Origin: Deltaproteobacteria bacterium
GTDB lineage: Bacteria; Myxococcota; Kuafuiibacteriia; Kuafuiibacteriales; Kuafuiibacteriaceae
Direction: 5' to 3'
NCBI GenBank assembly: GCA_040218735.1
Contig: JAVJQW010000008.1
Coordinates: 224,001 to 288,000 of the forward strand
Length of the DNA stretch: 64,000 nucleotides
A program made the translations under genes and the position numbers. Within the stretch, counting starts at the first letter, position 1. Every line of letters begins with the position of its first letter. Shown one piece after another: positions 19,927 to 28,456 of this stretch. The notes under the pieces were generated by a model that was not told the DNA's origin, ran no database searches, and was given only the letters and a program-made list of their open reading frames with translations.

Positions 19927-22299
19927 TCACTGGTAGGTGATCGTCACGGTCACCTCGGCGTTCAGCGCCTCGCCCGCGCACACCGTCGCGCTCGGGAACA
20001 CGTTCAAGCGGAAGCGCTGCGGCGTGCAGATCCCGAAGGGGCTCACCGAACCCATCGAAGTCACCGTCGCGAGCCCGGACGTGCCGTCGTTGAACCCATC
20101 CTGCTGACCGCCCGGGCTGCACACGTCGTCGAAGTACCAGGCCGCGAGGCCGACGGCGGGCGTCGAGGGGCACCCCGTCGATGTCGCCCAGTCCACGCAG
20201 TTCACCTGCGCGGTCATCGTCGCGATCGAAGCGGCGCCCGGCGGCGGGAAGTTGAACGCGATCCAGTCCGTGTCCCCCGGCGTCAGCGTGACGTCGTACG
20301 TGTACGTCTGCGTCCCGAGCACCGGCGGGTTCACCGGGTTCGCACCTGCCGCGGAGTTGTTCGGCTCCTGCGGATCCGCGGTGGTGATCGAGAGGCCGCA
20401 CGACGGCGTCCCGCACACGCCGTTGTCGTCCACGCCGTTACAGTCGTCGTCGAGCCCGTTGCAGATCTCCGGCACTGGCGTCCCCGGGACGCAGGTGTTG
20501 TTGCCGCCGTTCAGACACGCCGGCGCAGTGCGCGCGCACTCACCCGTGCCGCAGGTGAGATCCGGGATGCCGTCGTCGGGCGTGCCGTTGCAATCGTCGT
20601 CGGCGCCGTTGCAGATCTCCGTCCCCGGGGCGCCCGGCGTGCACGTGTTCGGCATGTTCCCGTTGCAAGCCGCCACGCTGCGCGCGCAGGCGCCAACGCC
20701 GCAGGTGAGGTTCGGGATGCCGTCGTCCGGCGTTCCGTTGCAGTCGTCGTCGAGCCCGTTGCACGTCTCGTTCGTCGGCGTCCCTGCGACGCACTGGTTG
20801 TTCGTCCCGTTGAGGCAGGCCGGTACGCTGCGCGCGCACTCGCCGGTGCCGCAGGTGAGGTTCGGCAGGTCGTCGGGGAGTCCGTTGCAGTCGTCGTCGA
20901 GGTTGTTGCACGTCTCGGTTCCGGCCGGCCCTGGTGTGCACGTGCCCAGCATCCCGCCGACGCACGACGCCGCAGTCGCCGTGCACACGCCCATTCCGCA
21001 GGTCAGCACCGGCAGCCCGTCGTCCGGCGTTCCGTCGCAGTCGTCGTCCATGCCGTTGCACATCTCCGGCATCGTGGTGACCTGGCAGTTCGTGTACTCA
21101 CCCGTCCCGCCCGGCACGCAGATGCGCGTGCCCATGCACATGTTCACCGCGCACGCCTCGACGATCCCGTCGTCGATGATCCCGTTGCAGTCGTTGTCGA
21201 TCCCGTCACACACCTCACTCTGACCGCCGACCGGGATGCACTCCGTCCACGCGCCGCCCGCGACGCCGGAGTCCTCGACACACGCGCGCACGCCGCCGCA
21301 GTCGTTCACCGTGCACGTCGCGGTGATCGATTCGTCGCGCGTGCCGTCGCAGTCGTTGTCGAGGTCGTCGCACCGCTCGTCGGCCGGGCCCGTCTCGCCC
21401 TCACACGGTCCCCAGATCCGGTTTGCGCAAGTTCGCATGCCGAGCTCACACTCGCCGACGTCCGTGCCGCAGACCTCGGTGAGTCCGTCTTCACACTCCG
21501 GCGGGTTCGACTCGTCGTCGTCCGTGAGCGACGCACACCCCGGGTCGTCGGGGAAGTCGACCAAGCCATCGTCGTCGTTGTCCTCGCCGTCCTCGCAGGC
21601 GCGGTACGGGTCGGGGAGGAGCCGGACCTCGAGCATCGCGGCGTCGGGATCGTCGGACGCCACCAACAGCCGCCCCGCCGTCGCGCGCCCGCTGCGCACG
21701 TAGTCGATCGCGCCGGGGACGCGCTCGCCGGGGGCGATCGCGACGGGCAGATCCCACGCACGCAGAACGAAGTCGGTGTTTCCGTCCTCGTCGATCTGGA
21801 GCGCGTCCACCGTGAGGATCGCCGTGCCGTCGTTCGAGATCTCGAACGTGCGCGTCACCGTCGCGGTCGTCGCCGGCCCGAAGTCGATCGGATCCGGCGT
21901 CACGCCGATCGCCGGGGCGATGGGTCCGCCGTGCAACGTCACTTGCGCCGGCCCGTCCGCGAGCGCGGCCGAACGAATCCACAGCGTGCCGTCGTCCTCA
22001 CCCGCACCGACGGGCGTGAAGCGAACCTCGACTTCGAGCTGCGCGCCCGGACCCAAGGTCCGCGTGGACGTCAGCACTTCGAAGTCCGCCGACGACGACG
22101 GGTCGAGCTCGAGCACCACGTCGTCCACCGCGACGCCGACCGGGTTCGACAGCGTCACCGAGCCGACGGCGGTCTCCCCCTCCGGCACCACGCCGAACTC
22201 GATCGCGCCGCCCTCGAGCTCGAGCATCGGCGTCACCTCCTGCAAGAGGTCGGGCTCGCAGCCCGCGAGGAGGAGGAGCAGCAACGCGGAGCGACGCAC
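19927..22299 (-). CDS. Cys-rich surface lipoprotein with two Ig-like domains and MopE-like metal-binding repeats
   Basis: Lipobox LAGC; Ig-like 'IEFG...VTLSN' and 'IDFG...EISNDG'; repeated 'E.CNG.DDDCNG.PDDG'. Confidence 0.85.
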   Translation of the reverse strand: MRRSALLLLLLAGCEPDLLQEVTPMLELEGGAIEFGVVPEGETAVGSVTLSNPVGVAVDDVVLELDPSSSADFEVLTSTRTLGPGAQLEVEVRFTPVGAGEDDGTLWIRSAALADGPAQVTLHGGPIAPAIGVTPDPIDFGPATTATVTRTFEISNDGTAILTVDALQIDEDGNTDFVLRAWDLPVAIAPGERVPGAIDYVRSGRATAGRLLVASDDPDAAMLEVRLLPDPYRACEDGEDNDDDGLVDFPDDPGCASLTDDDESNPPECEDGLTEVCGTDVGECELGMRTCANRIWGPCEGETGPADERCDDLDNDCDGTRDESITATCTVNDCGGVRACVEDSGVAGGAWTECIPVGGQSEVCDGIDNDCNGIIDDGIVEACAVNMCMGTRICVPGGTGEYTNCQVTTMPEMCNGMDDDCDGTPDDGLPVLTCGMGVCTATAASCVGGMLGTCTPGPAGTETCNNLDDDCNGLPDDLPNLTCGTGECARSVPACLNGTNNQCVAGTPTNETCNGLDDDCNGTPDDGIPNLTCGVGACARSVAACNGNMPNTCTPGAPGTEICNGADDDCNGTPDDGIPDLTCGTGECARTAPACLNGGNNTCVPGTPVPEICNGLDDDCNGVDDNGVCGTPSCGLSITTADPQEPNNSAAGANPVNPPVLGTQTYTYDVTLTPGDTDWIAFNFPPPGAASIATMTAQVNCVDWATSTGCPSTPAVGLAAWYFDDVCSPGGQQDGFNDGTSGLATVTSMGSVSPFGICTPQRFRLNVFPSATVCAGEALNAEVTVTITYQ
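20420..21070 (-). repeat. Intragenic tandem repeats (about 38 aa) encoding Cys-rich units
   Basis: About five units 'LTCG.G.CAR...AC.NG....C.PG.P..E.CNG.DDDCNG.PDDG'. Confidence 0.85.
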
Positions 22300-22452
22300 A
22301 TGCGGAGGATCCCGCACGAGTGCGGTGTCCCCGAAAGGCACGTTGTCCTACCTGGTGGTGCTGCGTGGGCCGCCGCCGAAAAGAGCACCGACGGTCAAAC
22401 GCGCCGTGGCCTCGTGCGGCAAGGTGCCTTCACCGAAAGGGGAACGAACGAC

Positions 22453-22884
22453 GTGAAACACGAAGAGAAACGAACAGTGCCCATCACCATCCGGGGCGTC
22501 GCGGCTGATGTCGACAAGGCCACCGCGCCCGAAACGATCGGTACGCTGTGGGGCCGCGCGGCGCAGTTGGGTGCGATCGGCGCATCGGGGCCGACGTACG
22601 GCGTCTACACCGACTACGCAGATCGGCTCGCGAATCGATATCGCGTCGTCGTCGGCCAGGAGGCGTCGGCGGGCGAGACATCGGTGACGTTGCCGGCCGG
22701 CGACTACGTCGTGTTCGAGGATCGCGGCCCGGCGGCGGAGGTCGCCCAACGCCTCTGGAACCACGTCTGGACGGCGTGGGAGGAGCGCGACCGGCGGACC
22801 TTCGACGTCGACTTCGAGCGCTACGAGGGGAGCCCGGACGACGCCAAGGTCTCGCTGTTCATCCACGTCACGCCGGCGAAGTGA
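22453..22884 (+). CDS. Stand-alone GyrI-like small-molecule-binding protein
   Basis: GTG start after AAGGGG; 'IGTLWGR', 'YGVYTDY', 'LPAGDYVVF', 'RTFDVDFERY'. Confidence 0.85.
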   Translation: MKHEEKRTVPITIRGVAADVDKATAPETIGTLWGRAAQLGAIGASGPTYGVYTDYADRLANRYRVVVGQEASAGETSVTLPAGDYVVFEDRGPAAEVAQRLWNHVWTAWEERDRRTFDVDFERYEGSPDDAKVSLFIHVTPAK

Positions 22885-23734
22885 TCCAGCCGCGCTCCTC
22901 GATCCGAACCCAGATCTCGGTGACGAGCCCCTCGGCCGGCGTGTCGTGCGGCGAGTTGACGTACCACTCCACCGTGGGCGCCGGGTCGAGGACGTAGCCG
23001 CTCCTCGGGAACCACACGCCGACCAACCCGAGGTACAGCTCGTGGAGCCGATCGTAGGGGCCCGTCTGCCGAGCGACGGCGTAGAGCCCGGCCGGGAGCT
23101 CCGTACGCGCCGCGGGTGCGTCGACGGACGCGACGTCGACCTCCAAACACGCGTCGTAGCGGAGCAGCGCCTCGGTCGTGACGGTTGGATCGTCGTGCAC
23201 CAGGCCGTACATCCGCGGCGTCGCCGAGGCACCGCGCGCTCCCCACCAACCGTGCAGGCGCTCCCACGTCGCGGGGACGTTCGCGAACGGCCCGGTGTGT
23301 CGCATCGCGACGAGCTCGCGCTTGGGTTCCCGGCGCACCTCGACGTCGTTCTCGAACGGAGCGATCTCGGGGCACGACGCACGAGCTTCCACCGGGTCGT
23401 CGCGATACGCGGAGGGTGATCGCCCGAACGCCGTCGTGAAGGCGCGGGTGAACGCTTCGTGGGATCCGTACCCCGCCTCCAGCGCGAGCTCGAGCAGCGA
23501 GGACGGCGGCGCGCTCCGGAGCGGCCGCGCGGCGCGCTCGAGTCGGAGCCGGCGCGCGTACTGCATGACCGACTCGCCCGTCTGCCCGCGAAACACGCGG
23601 TGAAAGTGGTGGGGCGCCATCCCCACGCGCCGCGCGACATCGCGGGGCGTGGGGGGCTCGTCGAGTGCGGTCTCGATCGCGCGCTGCGCGAGGAGAACGC
23701 GCCGCGCGTACTCCTCCTGAGTCGAGCGACGCAC
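22868..23734 (-). CDS. AraC-family regulator with a C-terminal GyrI-like domain
   Basis: 'PHHFHRVFRGQTGES...RRLRLERAA', 'GYGSHEAFTRAF', 'DDPTVT...LRYDAC'. Confidence 0.93.
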   Translation of the reverse strand: MRRSTQEEYARRVLLAQRAIETALDEPPTPRDVARRVGMAPHHFHRVFRGQTGESVMQYARRLRLERAARPLRSAPPSSLLELALEAGYGSHEAFTRAFTTAFGRSPSAYRDDPVEARASCPEIAPFENDVEVRREPKRELVAMRHTGPFANVPATWERLHGWWGARGASATPRMYGLVHDDPTVTTEALLRYDACLEVDVASVDAPAARTELPAGLYAVARQTGPYDRLHELYLGLVGVWFPRSGYVLDPAPTVEWYVNSPHDTPAEGLVTEIWVRIEERGWITSPA

Positions 23735-23911
23735 GCGCAGACCCTAGCGACGTTTCCGTCGACGCGCATCCGAGACGATGGTCACCACCGGTGGGGGCGT
23801 TGCTCCTCGGCGTGGGCGCCCCGGCCGGGCGGGAGCGCGCACCTCCGTCCCGAGAGAGATCACGCGTGCGAGGTCGACGGCGGCGCGCAGGTTGCATTGC
23901 ACGGGTGCCCC

Positions 23912-25234
23912 GTGTCGCCGCTGTCTCCGACCCACCCAGATCGCGCCCAGAGGATCCTCGTCGACGGCGCGCTCGCGAGCACCGCGCCAGAGCTGGAGTC
24001 ACCGCTCGAGATCCCCGAGGAGGTCGCGGCGCCCTACTGTCCGGTCGTCCGTTCGACGATCGGCCCCGACGCCTGGAAACGGCGCGTCCCCGCCGAGGTC
24101 GTCGCGGCGCTCCTGGATTCGGGACCGACGTTGATCGTCGGCGACGCCCCGGGTGACCCGGACTGCTTCTGTTCGGCGGTCGCGCTCGCGCGCGGACGGG
24201 CCGCGCTGCATCTGCCCGCCGACGCGCACGTCGATGCGCCACCGCCATCGCAGCTCTCGGGGCTCGGTATCCAGGACGACCTCGTGTCGTCGCAGACCGT
24301 GTCGCAGCGGAGCTACGACACGGTGGTGTTCGTCGACAACGACGGGACGCGCGTCGGTCCGGCCGCGGAGGCCGCGATGCGGGCGGCGAAGCGGGTCGTC
24401 GTTATCGATCACCACGAGGTCGATCCCACGCACGTCAGCCTCGGCCTCGACGCGGACAAGACCGAGCTCATCGTGTTCAAGGAGATCGAGGCGGATGCCG
24501 CCGCGCTCCTGGTGCTCGCGACGCTGACGCGGATGATCGAGTCATCGCCGGCGTCACTGATGCAGCAAGGTTGGGGCTCCGTGCTCGAGCCGCTGGTCAC
24601 CGCGATTTACTCGGACACGCGCGGCTTCGACTCGGCGCACACCCGACCGACCACCCTCGGGTTGCTCCGCGGATTGCTCGATACCCAGGCCGTCGACCTG
24701 TCGCGGATCCTCTCTGGGTTCGGCGGTGGGATCCCGCGGGAGGTGACGGGTGCGTGGGCCGAGCGGATCGAAGAGCGCACGGAAAAGGTCGGCGCAATGG
24801 ACGTCGCGTTTTTCACCGTGCCGTCGCACGGGCTCCTCGATGCGTGGAGCGAAGCCCGCGAGCAGACGCCGGAGCTCACGTGGTCGGACGTGCTGTTCTC
24901 GGCGCTCGACCACGTCGAAGCGCGCGTGCGCGAGCTGGACCCCGAGGTCGCGCTCATCGCGGTCGGGGCGCGCGACGAGCTCGCTCGGTCGACGCTCACC
25001 GACGAACGGCTCGAACAGCTCCCGCCCTCGTCCCTCAAGTTCTCGGTGCGCACGAAGGACGGCGACCTCGCGCCGCTCCTCGCTTCTGCCCTAGGCGGCG
25101 GCGGCAAGCCGCACCAGGGGGGCGGTGTGAGCGAGGAGCGTGCGGTGAAGCTAGCGGATCGGGCGCGCCGGTATCTCGCCGAGCGACAGGCGCTCGCTCG
25201 TTTCGCCAGCGCGCGAAATCTCGGCGGTCTCTGA
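23912..25234 (+). CDS. Divergent DHH-family phosphoesterase (NrnA-like)
   Basis: 'GDPDCFCSA', 'VVFVD', 'VIDHH', 'AIYSDTRGF', 'KFSVRT...LGGGGKPHQGG'; start uncertain. Confidence 0.7.
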   Translation: MSPLSPTHPDRAQRILVDGALASTAPELESPLEIPEEVAAPYCPVVRSTIGPDAWKRRVPAEVVAALLDSGPTLIVGDAPGDPDCFCSAVALARGRAALHLPADAHVDAPPPSQLSGLGIQDDLVSSQTVSQRSYDTVVFVDNDGTRVGPAAEAAMRAAKRVVVIDHHEVDPTHVSLGLDADKTELIVFKEIEADAAALLVLATLTRMIESSPASLMQQGWGSVLEPLVTAIYSDTRGFDSAHTRPTTLGLLRGLLDTQAVDLSRILSGFGGGIPREVTGAWAERIEERTEKVGAMDVAFFTVPSHGLLDAWSEAREQTPELTWSDVLFSALDHVEARVRELDPEVALIAVGARDELARSTLTDERLEQLPPSSLKFSVRTKDGDLAPLLASALGGGGKPHQGGGVSEERAVKLADRARRYLAERQALARFASARNLGGL

Positions 25235-25297
25235 ACGAACGGAGGAGGCGTAACCAGAGCGGGCGTCGTCGTACGCTCGCGGCGGCGTCGCGCGGAC

Positions 25298-25969
25298 TCA
25301 CTCCCCGCAGTGCATTTCGTAGCACTCAGTGTAGCCGCAGACCTCCTGGCCTTCGCAGCAGGCGCCGCACTTCGGTCCTGGCTCACACCCGCACGTGCGC
25401 GCCGGCCCGGCGTCGCGCTCCCCCCCGCCGTCGCGTGACGTCGTCCCGGCGTCCCGGTGACCAGCGTCCATCGTCTCCGAGACGCCGGCGTCGCGGCCCG
25501 AGGTGCCGGAGGGATACGCGACGCAGCCGATGCTGAAGTGCGTGACCATGGCGGCGCCGACGCCGTTCGCCAGGGTGGCTCCCGGGAGCCGCGACAGGAT
25601 CGTCGGTGCGTCCTCGCCGGTGTACCAGAAGCCGAGCGGTTCGGTGGTGCCGCCGATGTAAGGGATGCGCAGCGTCACGGGCGCGGCGAACTCCGTCCCC
25701 GCTGGTTCGAACTGGAAGACGGAGCTTACGGGGGTCAGGGCGTTCCCATCGGGGAGCGTCGTCCGGGAGACCGTGATCGTGATCGTCGCGGTCAGCGCGC
25801 CGGCCGGGACATCGAGGCCCACCCCGTCGACAGTCGTGAACGTGCCGCCAGAAGACCCGACGACGAATCGCTCACGTGGAGTCGTCGACTGCATCTCGCG
25901 AGCGCGTTCGCCGGAGCAGGAGAGCAGGCCAACGGCAACGAGGAGGAATGGAACGGCGCGCGGGTTCAT
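25298..25969 (-). CDS. Lipoprotein with a ZU5-like domain, RDAG linker and Cys-rich tail
   Basis: Lipobox LLSC; 'GGTF...LDVPAGAL...FQFEPAGTEFAAPVTLRIPY...VTHFS'. Confidence 0.8.
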   Translation of the reverse strand: MNPRAVPFLLVAVGLLSCSGERAREMQSTTPRERFVVGSSGGTFTTVDGVGLDVPAGALTATITITVSRTTLPDGNALTPVSSVFQFEPAGTEFAAPVTLRIPYIGGTTEPLGFWYTGEDAPTILSRLPGATLANGVGAAMVTHFSIGCVAYPSGTSGRDAGVSETMDAGHRDAGTTSRDGGGERDAGPARTCGCEPGPKCGACCEGQEVCGYTECYEMHCGE

Positions 25970-26037
25970 CGATCGGTAGTACGTCGATGTCGGCGTGGTC
26001 TACCTGTCGAAGGGAGCGGGGGTTGTCGAGGAGGGGG

Positions 26038-26060
26038 GCGCGCCCCGGAGCGGGGCGCGC
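26038..26060 (-). terminator. GC-rich hairpin downstream of the lamin-tail lipoprotein gene
   Basis: Perfect 10-bp stem GCGCGCCCCG-GAG-CGGGGCGCGC. Confidence 0.45.
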
Positions 26061-26070
26061 TCGGGGCGCG

Positions 26071-28383
26071 TCAGTTCGCGGCGCCGGGGCTCGGCGTGGT
26101 CGCGAGCGACCAGTCGACGGAGGCGTCGTCGGTGTCGGCGCCGTCCGGGACGCGGACCAGCGAACCGTCCACCGAGTTCGAGTCGGCCACGGCCGTCGCG
26201 GTGCCCTCGACGAGGCTCACCGGAGCGGCGAAGCCGTTGATGCTCGCGGCGGTGATGCTGCCCTCGTACGACAGCGCATCGATCAGCGTGTTCGACGCCG
26301 TGTCGATGAGCGCCACGGCGTCCGGCGCGCCGTTCTGGATGTTGTTCGTCGCGCCGGTGAACTCGATCAGCGTGACACCACCCGGGACCGCCAGGCCCGT
26401 CGGGCCCACCACGAGGAAGGCGCCGGGCGCCAGCGTGAGGGCCGTCGCCAGGTCGACGCGGTTGTACTCGGAGTCGTTGCTCCCGTTCACGAGGACGAGG
26501 GCGACGTTCGTCAGCACCGCAGGCGCCGTGCCCGCGTTGTAGATCTCCACGAACTCCGCGGCGTCGGTGTTGATCTGGTCGTAGTCGACCTCGTTGATCA
26601 CCAGGCGCGCGCCGACCGGGCCGGGGCCACCGTCGCGCGGCGTGCCGGCGTCGACCAGGCCGCCGTCCCGAGCCGGACCCGCGTCGCGCGGCGAGCCGCC
26701 GTCACGCGGGATGCCACTGTCCACGACGCCGCCGTCGCGCGGGGCGGTCGGGCAGACGTCGTTCGGCGCGTTCGGCGTGCCCTGGTCGGTGCCGAAGGCC
26801 GAGACCGACTCACACCAGTTGGAGCCGTCGTCGTTGGACGTCGCGTTGAGCGCGCTCGGGTCGAGGTTCATCGACGCACCGCTCGGGTCGGGGAAGGTCG
26901 CTCCGTTGTCCCACGCGACGCGGTCGATCTCGGTGCCGCCACAGATCAGCACGAGGCTGTCCGAGCCGTTGCCGAGGTTGATGTCCGCGTAGATGTACGG
27001 CGACACGAAGCCGGCGCTCGAGGTGCGCGCCAGCGCGACGTAGCCACCCGCCGGCACGACGACCGGCTGGTTGATGACGTGGGTGTCGCTGCCCTCGTCC
27101 GTGACGGTGCAGCCGGTCAGGTCGAGCGAAGCGCCGGTTGTGTTGTGGACCTCGAAGTACTCACCTTCGTTGTCACTCACCGCGGCCGGGTTCTGCATGA
27201 TCTCGGTGAAGATGATGTCACCCATCGCTCCGGGCGCCGCCGCCGTGCTGGGCGCGGTGAACATCGCGGAGTTGGCGTTGGCGTCCACCGAGTTGCCGAG
27301 GTCGTCCGTCACCATCGAGTCGACGGTCAGCGTGTACTGCTGCAGCTCGGTGAGCGTGTCCGTCGTGAGCGTCACGACGTTGGCGTTCACCGCCACGCCC
27401 GTGACGTTCACGTTCGGCGCGAGCGTGAACCGCGTGTCCATCACCGTCGCCGCGGCGAGCGGGCGGTCGAAGACGACCTCGACGCTCGTCGCGCTGAGCG
27501 CACGCGCCGACTGGACCTGCACGCCGTTGGCGCACGCGGTCACGGAGACGTCGACGTCGCGCTGAATCGTCAGCTGCGCCGTCGTCGAGAAGCGCCACAT
27601 CGGGATCGGGCCAACGTTGACATCACAGCCGTCGACGAGGCCGAGCGGCCCGATGAGCGTCTCCGGCACGCGGAAGACAAACGCGTTGTCGCTCGGCAGC
27701 CCCTGCGTGGAGATGCCGATGCGGCGGTGCTCGTTGCCCGCGAACGCGTAGGCGCCGGTGAGCGTGCCGTTCGCGCGAACGATCTCACTCTCGTAGCTCG
27801 TCAGGTCGGTGACGACGTCCGTCGCCATGCTGAGGTCCTGGACGAGCGCGGCGACGTCGCGGCCGCTCGCGTCGACGGTGAACGCCGACACGGCGATGAC
27901 GCGGTGCTGCGCATCGACGACCTCGGTCTCGTTCACGGTGAACGACACCTCGTCGCCGACCACCGGTGCGGGGGTCGCGACCGACGAGGTCGGGATGGCG
28001 ACGAACAGCGCGGGGCCGGTCATGTCGACCTGCACGAAGAAGCCGGCCGGGTCGTCGCCGAGCGCATCGCGCGTGTACGTGACGATCGCCTCTTCAACGG
28101 TGAGCGGCGGGTTCTGAACGCCGGGCGGTGCCAGGCGGACGATGTTGATCAGGGCGGAGGGGGTGTCGCCCGTGCCGCCGTCGCGCGGTGGTCCACCGTC
28201 GCGTTCGACGTCGCCGCCGTCGCGTTCGACGTCCGGTCCGCCGTCGCGGGGCGTCACCGTTTCACCGGCGTCGCGCGGGACGAACGTCGAGTCGTCGTCG
28301 CGACCGTCGTCGTCGCCCGAGCAGGCAGAGAGGGCGAGCGAGGCGCCCAAGAGAATCGTACTGAACCAGCGTGTACGGAGCAT
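26071..28383 (-). CDS. Surface lipoprotein with OB-like, Ig-like and two lamin-tail domains
   Basis: Lipobox LSAC; 'IIFTEIMQNP...GEYFEVHN' and 'LVINEVDYDQ...AEFVEIYN', ending 'TPSPGAAN'. Confidence 0.85.
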   Translation of the reverse strand: MLRTRWFSTILLGASLALSACSGDDDGRDDDSTFVPRDAGETVTPRDGGPDVERDGGDVERDGGPPRDGGTGDTPSALINIVRLAPPGVQNPPLTVEEAIVTYTRDALGDDPAGFFVQVDMTGPALFVAIPTSSVATPAPVVGDEVSFTVNETEVVDAQHRVIAVSAFTVDASGRDVAALVQDLSMATDVVTDLTSYESEIVRANGTLTGAYAFAGNEHRRIGISTQGLPSDNAFVFRVPETLIGPLGLVDGCDVNVGPIPMWRFSTTAQLTIQRDVDVSVTACANGVQVQSARALSATSVEVVFDRPLAAATVMDTRFTLAPNVNVTGVAVNANVVTLTTDTLTELQQYTLTVDSMVTDDLGNSVDANANSAMFTAPSTAAAPGAMGDIIFTEIMQNPAAVSDNEGEYFEVHNTTGASLDLTGCTVTDEGSDTHVINQPVVVPAGGYVALARTSSAGFVSPYIYADINLGNGSDSLVLICGGTEIDRVAWDNGATFPDPSGASMNLDPSALNATSNDDGSNWCESVSAFGTDQGTPNAPNDVCPTAPRDGGVVDSGIPRDGGSPRDAGPARDGGLVDAGTPRDGGPGPVGARLVINEVDYDQINTDAAEFVEIYNAGTAPAVLTNVALVLVNGSNDSEYNRVDLATALTLAPGAFLVVGPTGLAVPGGVTLIEFTGATNNIQNGAPDAVALIDTASNTLIDALSYEGSITAASINGFAAPVSLVEGTATAVADSNSVDGSLVRVPDGADTDDASVDWSLATTPSPGAAN

Positions 28384-28456
28384 CGGGCCACGCATACAGG
28401 GCCAGGCCCCGAACGCCAACCTTTGAGGCGGTGCTCGGGCTCACGTCACGCCGGCG

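Noticed and set aside
20420-21070. Regularly spaced repeats considered as a CRISPR array (also 32490-32610 and 49650-49745)
   Set aside because: In-frame, degenerate coding repeats with no unique spacers and no cas genes.
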